From: Octopus sinensis
Lineage: Eukaryota
DNA: 64,000 nucleotides
NCBI RefSeq assembly: GCF_006345805.1
Contig: NC_043000.1
Location: 128,898,001-128,962,000 of the forward strand
Reading direction: 5' to 3'
The notes under the pieces were generated by a model. The model searched no databases. It saw only the letters and a list, made by a program, of their open reading frames with translations, and was not told the DNA's origin. The position numbers were made by a program, and so were the translations under genes. Of the stretch, positions 41,208 to 52,425 are shown piece by piece. Numbering within the stretch: the first letter of the stretch is position 1; every line of letters starts with the position of its first letter.

Positions 41208-41507
41208 CACAGACTCGTATGCACACTCACACACATGCGTATTTACATGCTCACACAACAGGCATACACATACACATACACACCTGTACACGTCTATAGA
41301 CGCGCTCGCGCACGTACCTGCATACAAAAAAATAATGAATGAGAAACATCACTCATAAACTGCAAAATGAAAAGCTTATTTGTTGTTGTTGTTGTTGCAG
41401 ACGATGATGAAGATGATGACGGCAACAATGACAACAATGATGAGGGCAATGCTGATAATGAAATGATGATAATAACTATGACGACGTCGATTACGATGAT
41501 AAAGGCA

Positions 41508-41657
41508 GCGACGATGACAACGACAACGATGGTGTGGATGATGACTACGACGATGATGATGATGATTATAAGGAGGAGGAGCGACGATGACAACGACAAC
41601 GATGGTGTGGATGATGACTACGACGACGATGATGATGATGATTATAAGGAGGAGGAG
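41508..41657. repeat. About 73-bp tandem duplication within GAT/GAC low-complexity DNA
   Basis: GCGACGATGACAACGACAACGATGGTGTGGATGATGACTACGACG...ATTATAAGGAGGAGGA occurs at 41508 and 41581. Confidence 0.85.
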
Positions 41658-42329
41658 TAAGAGGAGGGAAGAATAATGACACTGATTGGGATGCTACTGA
41701 TGATGACGATGATGATGACGAAGACAGTGTAAATGTGTATGTTATTAATGAAAATGCAAATATTCAAAACTGACGGCTGAATGCAAGCATCACATATCCC
41801 ACAGCCCCCCCTCTATACACAGTCCTTAAATAACTGAATACATATAAATATGCAATATGTAGACATACGCAAACATCATGAAAGTATTCTAATATGTACG
41901 TAGTTTTGGCTGCCTATATAGACTCATACACAATCAAACTTTCGCACGCACAAATACACACACATATCCCAATATTTATAAATACAATCAAATACGCACG
42001 CACAAACACGCACAAAGCTGGCATATACACAATGCCAAAATATCCACATATGCATAAAAATATGTGTCTATGTGTATGTATGCATTGCAGTGGTATACAC
42101 AAATACGTGTATATATATATGCATACATATACGCACATACACACACAAAAAATGCAAAACTGGCGTGTTTGTTCATAAAGTAAAGTTACATCATCTTACA
42201 CATATTTCATTAATAATAGTTTCCGTTTTATGAAGAAAAAATCTCATAATTACATTGTCGATTCTTCAGAGATTATGTAACAAAGTAAATAACCTTTAAA
42301 ATTTATGATGGACATCGAACAAGATTAGA

Positions 42330-42980
42330 GTATTAACGACCACAGTAGTTTCAACTATGCTAGAATATGTCAAAAAATTTACTTAAGCAAGGGAAAAGGG
42401 TAGTGTATTTTTTTAAACATTGTAGGGAATGAGCCTATTCTGATCTGCTGAAATCTAGTGATAGGAGATGAAAGATGTGCGTAAATTTACGGTCCGGAAA
42501 CGAAGACTCACTCCATAGAAGGGCGTGACCTCTTAAAGATTTCAGAAGTTCAAGAACCAGCGATCAGCACCGAAAGTGCATGGCGGCTGATTTTTTTAAG
42601 ATGACAAGTGCATCATTTACCACGAAATTCTGGAATATGGCTGTTCCAAGAAAAGCTTAGTGAAGCCACTAGGAGGAAGAAACTATAGAAAACTATTCAC
42701 ATTCTCCATGACAATGTGTGACCACAAATGTCATTGGCAAGAAACCAAGCAATGGGCAAATTGGACTATTCAGTGGTATCCCTTTCATCGTACAATCAGG
42801 ATCTAGCTCTCTCTAAATTCCACGTGTTCAACTCAATGAAATCTTAAGGTACAATGGTTTGAAAACACAAACGTGTGACTAGAAGAGTACACACCTGAAT
42901 ATTTTCAAAGAGAATTTAAGAGTTGGGTTCAGCGATGACGAGAATGTTTCTTTTGCGATAGAAATAATATGTAATAACTT
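42330..42980 (+). pseudogene. Decayed mariner-family transposase
   Basis: LVIGDERCA*IYGPETK, KFKNQRSAPKV, HILHDNV*P, SYNQDLALSKFHVFNSMK, WVQR*REC match GDE.W..Y.PETK / HDNA.PH / YSPDLAPSDFHLF / RW.KC. Confidence 0.88.
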
Positions 42981-43048
42981 TGCAAATGAGGAAGAGTTAG
43001 TCAATTTGAACGACCTATGTCAGTTAAAAGAAAGTTATGCCAACTTTA

Positions 43049-43082
<34 letters not shown>

Positions 43083-43984
43083 TAATAATAAAATAATAAT
43101 AATAATAATAATTTTGCACATTACTTAATCATCGTTATATTTTTATCGTATATTTAATACTTCTATTATATGTAATTTTCTTAGATGGTGTAATTTAATT
43201 TTTCATTTTGAATTGTTAAAAGGTGTTTTTTTAATCTATCTATCTATCTATTCTATCTATCTATATATTATCTATCATCTATCTATCTATCTATTATCCA
43301 TCCATCTATCTATCTATCTATATCTATCTCTCTCTCTCTCTCTCTCACTCTCTCTTCTCTCTCTCCTCTCTCTATATATATTATATAATTATATATATAT
43401 ATATATATACACGCATACACACACAGCGTCGCACACACGCACACAAACACACACACACAAAATAATGGAGAGAGACAGTAATACGCTTATCACTATTGCT
43501 TAGAATGGACATTTTAAGGGAGATAAATGGCAGTGAAACTAAAAATCCCACCTGTCAACTTGAAGAGTTTATGACAAAATTCCCACCCCATTTAAACTAT
43601 TATCGACCAATTCAAATACATAGAGGAGGTATCTAGAAGCAACTTATTCAGTAGATATATTATCATTTAGGGCATGATGGAAAAATATTTCATCAGTATT
43701 AATTCTAAGACTAGGAGAAAACATGTTGAGTTAATGAGAGTTCTAAGGAGAAATAACCAATATTATTCACTAAGGAAGATATACTTCATAAAGAATATTT
43801 CCCTTAAAAAATTAAATATTTAAAATAATAATATTTGTAATATGATAAGATAAATTTTGAATTTATAAAACAGATAAAAAAGTTTAAAAAATGCATTAAA
43901 AATTTGTTAAAAAGAAATATAATAATTAAAAAATAATTAATCTAATTACAGAATTAAAATTACAATAATATAATAACAAGCATT

Positions 43985-44158
43985 ACTGTAGGCACTTGAC
44001 CTGAAATTTGTTGGGACGGGCCAGTCGATTATATCACCCCTATTGCTTGACTGGTGCTTATATCGAATCCGAATGATGGAAAGCACAGTCAGCATCGGTG
44101 GAATTTGAAATCAGAACATAAAGACGGATGAAATGATGATTAGCATTTAGTCCGTCGT
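43985..44158 (-). mobile_element. Degenerate family A-like SINE
   Basis: AGTCGATTATATC...GGAATTTGAAATCAGAAC remnants. Confidence 0.65.
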
Positions 44159-44213
44159 ATACATACATACATATATGTATGTATGTATATATGTATATAT
44201 GTATATATGTATG

Positions 44214-44244
<31 letters not shown>

Positions 44245-44751
44245 TATATATATATCTGTATATAAGGCAGGATGTGTATGTGTGTGTATGTGTGTGTGTG
44301 TGTGTGTGTGTACGTGAATGTAGTTTATGCACATCCACAAATTAGCATGCATGTCGCTCAAATTTTAGGAGGACATTTGTCACGATCCTAGCTGTATTTT
44401 GGTCAAATTATTTTCCCCCGAGGCACCCGCGAATAGTGGTAAATAATTTTGAGCCATAACTTTTCATGGCGGAGAAATCCACTGTAGTGACGCCATTGTT
44501 GTTTACAAACATGAGTTAAGTCCCCTTCTAGCGACGGTGTAAAGAGAGGGAGAGAGAGAGAGAGAGTGAGAGATAACAGATTTTTAAATTTCGTCTTTTT
44601 ACTGAGTGATTAACAGGCAAAAACAGACAGACAGGTGTTGTTATGTATGTATGTATGTATGTATGTATGTGTGAATAGCTTCAGTCACACACACACACAC
44701 ACACGAGCATGTATGCGTACAAAACACATGCATGCAATGTGTGTGTTGCCC

Positions 44752-44788
<37 letters not shown>

Positions 44789-45080
44789 CAATTTAGGGTA
44801 GCAAAAAATTCAGTAAAAATTTATCGCTACCAGCGGCCTGATGGAAAAGAGAAAATAGTCAAAGACTAAATATGTATAAATGTAACAATTTAGGAATGGC
44901 CTAAACAGGCCATTCGTCCACCAGAAATTGATAATTTTCTGACTAATTCTGAGATTGAATCGGCAGTTTATATTTGCTGCCGATAAGTTTGGCGCGAATG
45001 CGTTGGTCTTGAAAATTTTAAGACAGATATTCCCGAGGCATTGATACAGTCGCCTCGTGTATATCCGTCTCTCCCAGGTT

Positions 45081-45180
45081 TCTTTTACTGATGAAGTGTG
45101 ACCTATGGTAGACTAGCTTAATTTAATTTAATTAAGCTGGTCTATCATTAAAGACACTAAACGATGCATCGTATAAAAGA
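45081..45180 (+). ncRNA. Type I hammerhead ribozyme, copy 1 (G of GAAA missing in this sequence)
   Basis: TCTTTTA CTGATGA AGTGT...ACACT -AAAC GATGCATC GTA TAAAAGA. Confidence 0.75.
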
Positions 45181-45550
45181 TGAATTAGGGTAAATGTTTT
45201 TAAATTTTCACCTTATTTCCGAATTACACTACTTGGCGGTTGGAGTTCTGGCTGCTCTTTCTGGTGGACGAATGGCTGTTTAGGCCATTCCTAAATTGTT
45301 ACATTTATACATATTTAGTCTTTGACTTTTTCTCTTTTCCATCAGGCCGCTGGTAGCGATAAATTTTTACTGAATTTTTTGCTACCCTAAATTGATTAAT
45401 TGATAATTTTCTGACTAATTTGAGATTGAATCGGCAGTTTATATTTGCTGCCGATAAGTTTGGCGCGAATGCGTTGGTCTTGAAAATTTTAAGACAGATA
45501 TTCCGAGGCATTGATACAGTCGCCTCGTGTATATCCGTCTCTCCCAGGTT

Positions 45551-45651
45551 TCTTTTACTGATGAAGTGTGACCTATGGTAGACTAGCTTAATTTAATTTA
45601 ATTAAGCTGGTCTATCATTAAAGACACTGAAACGATGCATCGTATAAAAGA
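45551..45651 (+). ncRNA. Type I hammerhead ribozyme, copy 2 (intact)
   Basis: Helix I TCTTTTA/TAAAAGA; CTGATGA 45558-45564; helix II AGTGT/ACACT with 19-bp extension; GAAAC 45629-45633; palindromic helix III ACGATGCATCGT; cleavage triplet GTA 45642-45644. Confidence 0.93.
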
Positions 45652-46021
45652 TGAATTAGGGTAAATGTTTTTAAATTTTCACCTTATTTCCGAATTACAC
45701 TACTTGGCGGTTGGAGTTCTGGCTGCTCTTTCTGGTGGACGAATGGCCTGTTTAGGCCATTCCTAATTGTTACATTTATACATATTTAGTCTTGACTATT
45801 TTCTCTTTTCCATCAGGCCGCTGGTAGCGATAAATTTTTACTGAATTTTTTGCTACCCTAAATTGATTAATGATAATTTTCTGACTAATTCTGAGATTGA
45901 ATCGGCAGTTTATATTTGCTGCCGATAAGTTTGGCGCGAATGCGTTGGTCTTGAAAATTTTAAGACAGATATTCCCGAGGCATTGATACAGTCGCCTCGT
46001 GTATATCCGTCTCTCCAGGTT

Positions 46022-46121
46022 TCTTTACTGATGAAGTGTGACCTATGGTAGACTAGCTTAATTAATTTAATTAAGGTCTATCATTAAAGACACTGATGAA
46101 AACGATGCATCGTATAAAAGA
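46022..46121 (+). ncRNA. Type I hammerhead ribozyme, copy 3 (indels)
   Basis: Same motif with ACACTGATGAAAAC in place of ACACTGAAAC and a deletion in the helix II extension; GTA at 46112-46114. Confidence 0.7.
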
Positions 46122-46242
46122 TGAATTAGGGTAAATGTTTTAAAATTTTCACCTATTTCCGAATTACACTACTGGCGGTTGGAGTTCTGGCTGCTCTTCT
46201 GGTGGACGAATGGCCTGTTTAGGCCATTCCTAAATTGTTACT

Positions 46243-46274
<32 letters not shown>

Positions 46275-47519
46275 ATATAAACGATATTCTCCGTTTCTCC
46301 ACAACTAATTTCCAAATTAGCTGAATCCGTTGCTCTACTCATAGCGATATATAGCTGGTCGTGCGTGAACATGGGAGAGAGCAGAGGTTACCAAAGCAAA
46401 AGACCTACGTGTTGACTGTAGACACGCTCCTTCGCAAACGATCAGCTATTATTTTGTAAACAATGTTTCGAAACTGTTCATGTTTTCGAAAGGAGATATT
46501 TGACTCTCACATCTCTGCGGGAGAAGGTAGGTTTCTCTATTCCTGTTACAAAACTTACACCCAGGTGCCAAATTTGCTTCAATTGATGGTATTACTTGGG
46601 TAGGAAGTGGTGGTGGGATAGGGGCAGGGGCAAAGGCGTGCAAAAACATGTATGCAATAGGTGTATGTACGTATATGTTTGTGTGTGTGTGTGTGTGTTG
46701 CCCATATATATATATATACTTAGTTGTGATCTGAATGTAACCGCTTCTCGTACAGAGGATCGGGGGCCCTTTTGGGCGTTCTTTTTCCTTGCTGGAAGGG
46801 TTCCCAACCCATAGGCAAAGTGGGGTTACATGATGGGGGGTGGGGTCCAAAAGGGTTGGCATATGCAACCTGATCACTCTGCCGATCAAACTCCCAACCC
46901 ATGCACTCCCGTCGCGACACTGATTCTGCAGAACTGGGTTGGGTAAGAAAACCAGCTTTAAAGTATAAATATAGATGTTTTTGAATCAGCAATGTTCGAT
47001 TAAGTCCTATTTGGAGTGAAAAATCAATAAACTGATTCTTTATGGGGTTTTACATTTAATCAGAATATAAAACAATCGATAAACCGATTCCTTATAGGAT
47101 TTCCCACTAAAATTGGCTACACCCCATTTTCAACCATAACGTCTACCAATTTTGTTCAAACTTGATGCCAGCATTACTTAGAACTCATGGGATCTTTGAA
47201 TGCTTTAAGTTCTCCAAAAACGAAAAAAAAAAAACAATCGATGAGCGGAAAAAATCGATAAACCAATTCCTTATGGGATTTCCCAATCAAATTGTCTGCA
47301 AAATTTCCGCGAAGAGTTTACCAATTTCAACGGATTTCACTCAAATTCGACGTCGGGTTACTTAGTTTGTTTTTAAACAAAGAGCTTGATTGGCTTAATA
47401 ATCCTAACTTAATCCCGAGCAAATATGTTGCTCGGGATTACAAAGAAATTATGGATTACATTAAGATCTCTTGCAATTGCAGATCATAGCATTTAGCCGT
47501 TTGTTTTTCGTAGTAGGAA

Positions 47520-48140
47520 TGATAATGGGTTTAACGCCAAAATTAACAAAAGTGACTATCTCCGTGGAATGTTCCCATTGAAATTTTTATGGCACTGGAG
47601 ACGTTTGTTCCACTCTGTGTTCTAAGTGTAAGGATTGTGATTCAGGTCTTTGCGAGCCTCTCAATGGCAGCAATTAATGTAGCAGGCACTTTTACCAAAT
47701 GGAGACACTTCATCAGCCATGAGTGGGGAATAGACTCAAATGTCTTCCTATAATCAAGCCATACTACTGTAAGGTTCCTCCGATGTTTTTTTTTAAACCT
47801 CAGACATTACAGCTTTATTTATCAAAAGCTGTTCTTTCCACCGGCTTGCTCATCAGTCACTATATTTTTGGACTCACAATGATCCTTGAGAAATTGGTTG
47901 AGGCAGCTTGTGTGCAGTTTGTACATAATATTTAGGCAAGTAATGGTCCTGTACTTTTCAGGCAACTCGATGGTTTCATTCTTGGCCACGAGATTGGTCC
48001 GTGCTATATATAGCAAGCCAATTTGGTTTTTCAATCTGGCCTTCCATAGTACTTTTGAATACTGTATTGTGGGTTTTTACTTTTTTGCCCTTGGGATTAT
48101 CCTTCCGACGGATTTCATTATAGAGTGTCCTAGCTAAAAC
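47520..48140 (-). pseudogene. Decayed R4/Dong-like reverse transcriptase N-terminal fragment
   Basis: ORF 47822-48034 ARTNLVAKNETIELPEKYRTITCLNIMYKLHTSCL..HCESKNIVTDEQAGG matches T.LIPK...YRPITCL...YK..T...EQ.G. Confidence 0.82.
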
Positions 48141-48166
48141 ATCATGTCTCATCGGTAGATAATACC

Positions 48167-48398
48167 TATTTCTTTATTACCCACAAGGGGCTAAACACAG
48201 AGGGGACAAACAAGGACAGACATAGGTATTAAGTCGATTACATCGACCCAAGTGCGTAACTGGTACTTAATTTATCGACCCCGAAAGGATGAAAAGCAAA
48301 GTCGACCTCGGCGGAATTTGAACTCACAACGTAACGCAGACGAAATACCGCTAAGCATTTCGCCCGGCGTGCTAATGTTTCTGCCAGCTCGCCGCCTT
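48167..48398 (-). mobile_element. Full-length family A SINE with TSD
   Basis: Flanked by ATCGGTAGATAATACC (48151-48166) and ATCGGTTGATAATACC (48399-48414), one mismatch. Confidence 0.93.
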
Positions 48399-48501
48399 AT
48401 CGGTTGATAATACCGTGATGACATTTGTATGTATGTATGTATGTATGTATGTATGCATTTGTGTTTGTGTAGACAAAAAAGTTGTTAGCTAGCTAGCTAG
48501 C

Positions 48502-48557
<56 letters not shown>

Positions 48558-48837
48558 TAGATAGATAGATACATACATACATACATACATACATACATAC
48601 ATACATACATACATACATACATAGAAGGGAACGGTTGTATTATTTCTTTTTTATTCCAGAATTTTGCAGCAAAATTCATGTAAGTTAAAAATTGTTAAAA
48701 GAGTTACTCCCCTTGTATTTTCTCTGTCGTAGTTTAGAAGCCTCAGTGATCAATTAATGCAGAACTCACCATTACTAAAACAGATCTAGTTTTGCATGCA
48801 TCTGTGTGTTTGTGTAAGTGTGTGTGTGTGTGTGTGT

Positions 48838-48875
<38 letters not shown>

Positions 48876-49149
48876 TGTGTGTATGCATGTGCGTGTGTGT
48901 GTGTTTGTACGCGCGCGCACGTATGCGTCTACGATACTTATATAATGTTATATTCACTCTTTTTTGTTTTCAGGTACTATTCCAATGTCAAAAACTATTC
49001 CAATGCACAAAACCACAACATCACACAAACACACACACACACACAACACACACATACACGCACGCACACACACACATACATACATACATACATACATACA
49101 TACATACATACATACATACATACACACATATACACACATACATTTATAT

Positions 49150-49201
<52 letters not shown>

Positions 49202-49237
49202 GACAGAGAGAGATACAGACAGACAGACAGATAAGAC

Positions 49238-49322
<85 letters not shown>

Positions 49323-49563
49323 CATTATTATATACAGCACAATTGTGTCATTGATCATGTTTTGTAGATGAACACAAAAGTATGTGACATTCCATCAGAT
49401 ATATTTACATCTACCACATAATAAAGCAAAGGTGTATATGATGGTGTTAGTGCCTTATAAATCGTTAAATTGACTCTTCTACGAAGTAAGTTTCAGATTC
49501 AACACACGTTTCCAGATCAAGTTACTTACCAAACAAGTTATGCTGATATGCAGCTGATATATA

Positions 49564-49652
<89 letters not shown>

Positions 49653-49856
49653 ATTATAATTAAGGGTATCCAAAAGATAGCATCATGCTAGATGCTAGAT
49701 AAAGCAGTCTAAACTTGACTCAAAAACCACATCAAAAATTCATGAGTACCGCCTTTTGTCGAACAAATCGACAGCAGGACTTATTCATACATACATGCAT
49801 ACATGCATGCATACATACATACATATATACATGCATGCAAGCATACATACAGACAT

Positions 49857-49887
<31 letters not shown>

Positions 49888-49929
49888 CACACACACATAC
49901 ACACACACACATAGATACCATATACTAAC

Positions 49930-50813
49930 GAGTTGAAGAAAATAGCATGCAATTTGACGCAGGAACATTCCAAATACTCCACTACCAGCCAGGTTGTGCT
50001 AACATGCCACAACCAAAATACTTTGGATCAAAAGGATTAGCAATGCCATAGTCAACCACAGTGCGGGATCTGGGAATTGGTATGGGCAACGAACCAGCGT
50101 CTCTTGTACATACTATCAAGATGGTGGCAATATGCAGATGAATGGCCGTGTGAATTCTGAGAACTTTCAGAACAAGGGACCAGGAAACTATGCTCGTCCT
50201 ATTGGTCTTATGAAGGACATATGTTTTAAGCCGTCTAGGCTACTGTTCTCAACTCTCGTCACTCCACAACGTCAGTTTAATAGCTTAACTCGAGACAGTT
50301 TAGCGGTGCTACACATAGATGTTTGCATCTATGAAACATGTGAGCGAATAGGGGCCATCGAAAGAATTGCGGCTCTACTCTTTGAAGCGAAGGCGAGAAA
50401 GATATACGTTGATATACATATGGAAGATCCTATAAGAGACGGCACCAAACTTGGCATCAAGAGTTATACAAGACACCACTGTTCTGTTCCAAAGATCTCA
50501 CCCATCCCGTCTTGACTTAGACTTGGGTTCTACAATAACTTTGGATTCAAAGGCCTGCGATTATTTAACATCCCCCCAAAAAATAACTGAGTGATCTACA
50601 CGAGAGTAAAATATTTTCAAGAAGCACCTTGACCCTCTGCTGTCCAAGATCCCAGATGGTCCTACATCACGGCAAGAAACTCAAACGAAGGCTGCAATAT
50701 CGAACTTCCTCATCTATTAAAAGCCAACAACAGAGGAATGGGTATTGAAAAGGTGAATGTACTGACAATGCCCCAGCAATTTACAGCTTTGGGCTGAAGT
50801 ATATAAAAAAAAA
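49930..50813 (+). pseudogene. Decayed 3' part of CR1-group LINE with A-rich tail
   Basis: EENSMQFDAGTFQILHY, VRDLGI, ILRTFRTRDQETML, YVLSRLGYCSQL, KHLDPLLSKIPDGP match CR1 ORF2 C-terminal motifs. Confidence 0.85.
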
Positions 50814-51210
50814 TGTGGTAAGTAGCTTGTTTACCAACCACATGGTTCCGGGTTCAGTCCCACTGCGTGGCACCTCGGGCAAGTGTCTTCTACTATAGCC
50901 TCGGGCCGACCAAAGCCTTGTGAGTGGATTTGGTAGACGGAAACTGAAAGAAGCCCGTCGTATATATGTATATATATATATGCGTGTGTGTGTTTGTGTG
51001 TCTGTGTTTGTCCCCCTAGCATTACTTGACAACCGATGCTGATGTGTTTATGTCCCCCGTTACTTAGCGGTTCGGCAAAAGAGACCGATAGGATAAGTAC
51101 TGGGCTTACAAAAGAATAAGTCCCGGGGTCGAGTTGCTCGATTAAAGGCGGTGCTCCAGCATGGCCGCAGTCAAATGACTGAAACAAGTAAAAGAGTAAA
51201 AGAGTAAGAG
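50814..51210 (+). mobile_element. Family B SINE, slightly 5'-truncated, directly after the LINE tail
   Basis: High similarity to 33656-34126; ends in (GTAAAAGA)n. Confidence 0.93.
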
Positions 51211-51701
51211 TATATATATATAAGAATATCTATAAGAATGTACACATGCATATACTTATATTCGTATTTATATGTTACCGTTGCAGGCGATTCTACAATG
51301 TTTACAGTATGCTGCATCAGACTGACCTTGGGACTGGCAGACTAACCTATCCAAGTGATGATTAAAATCTTCAAATAACATCATCTCTTCGTTTCTGATC
51401 ACCTTATGTAAAGAATAGCACAACCAAGGTATTTAAAATGTCAGATGTGTGTGCGTGCGCGTACGTGCTTGCGTGCGTGCATGAATGTGTGTGTGTGTGT
51501 GTGTATGTGTGTGTGTGTGTATTTGTATATCTGTGTTTCAATCTGTCTCTCTGTGGATCAATAAATTTATCTATTTGTCAATCTATCTACACCCCGCGGC
51601 ACGCCCATGTCACACATCAGACACTTTAAAAAAAGGATTAATATGTGTGTATCCAAATGTTTCAAAGATACAATATTTAAACGATTCAGACAAATACACG
51701 G

Positions 51702-51753
<52 letters not shown>

Positions 51754-52043
51754 GTATCAATAATAACAAAGGGTAAAATTAATTAATTAACTAGTAATCA
51801 ATAATTTCACCAAGTAGAATTCGGCATGAAAAAGCACCATTTCGCGGTAAATTAAAGTAATACTTTATAATAGGGTTCAACAAAGATTTGCTTTACCACA
51901 TACCGAAGTTTAGAAATAGCAGCCAAAAGACCTTAGCTATTTCCTCTACCTTAAAAAGAGGCTCCCAGACAAAAACAAATTACTCGAAAACAATCCACGA
52001 AGGCAGAGAGGAAAAATAACGAAAATCAATCGATATTTGATTA

Positions 52044-52126
52044 CCCATGTACGCGTTTCGGAATTAGATCGGTATAAAGAATGTATAATTTATACTTTTC
52101 CCGAACATTTTTTTCATCAGCATGGG
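52044..52126 (-). ncRNA. Type I hammerhead ribozyme, base of helix II decayed
   Basis: Minus strand CCCATG CTGATGA aaaaaatgtTCGG...CCGAtctaattcc GAAAC GC GTA CATGGG; perfect 6-bp helix I, palindromic ACGCGT helix III. Confidence 0.8.
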
Positions 52127-52376
52127 ACTTCACAATATTAAATATTAAAAATATTAAATTCGAAGGCACTGGAAGAATTGAACATATCTCTCCAACTAAC
52201 AGTATCAGACAGATCATATCCAACGTCAGTACCGCCGAATTTCTTTATACTTGTACATTATACAATCCTTAAGCTTGGTGTCAGTAGCCATACCCTAGTT
52301 TGTGAAAAAAATACAAAATTCCTTGTATAGAAATGTGTGCTAGCAGGGGGAACGAACTCTCTAGCGGGTAACCAGA

Positions 52377-52425
52377 TCGCGAGACTTACTCAGTTTCGAG
52401 CTATTTGACTTATCCTCAGTCGCGA
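52377..52425 (-). ncRNA. Minimal type I hammerhead ribozyme, weak helix II
   Basis: Minus strand TCGCGA CTGAGGA taagtcaaatagctc GAAAC tgagtaa GTC TCGCGA. Confidence 0.7.

Larger units (their letters stand above)
44785..46241 (+). mobile_element. Retrozyme-like / Penelope pseudo-LTR-like tandem element inserted in (TA)n
   Basis: Inverted piece 44785-44926, then units 44927-45398, 45399-45869 and partial 45870-46241; one HHR per unit; no meaningful ORF; TA runs on both sides. Confidence 0.88.

Noticed and set aside
39440-41350. CpG-retaining region with TGACGT half-sites as a promoter
   Set aside because: No linked exon or start site is visible and such short motifs are expected by chance.
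41367-41660. Acidic ORF ending DYDDDDDDDYKEEE, resembling a FLAG tag
   Set aside because: GAT/GAC low-complexity repeat with a local duplication; not DYKDDDDK and no vector context.
44927-46241. Tandem array as a CRISPR array or ordinary satellite
   Set aside because: No short repeat-spacer pattern; low copy number, inverted 5' piece, TA flanks and an HHR per unit fit a retroelement.
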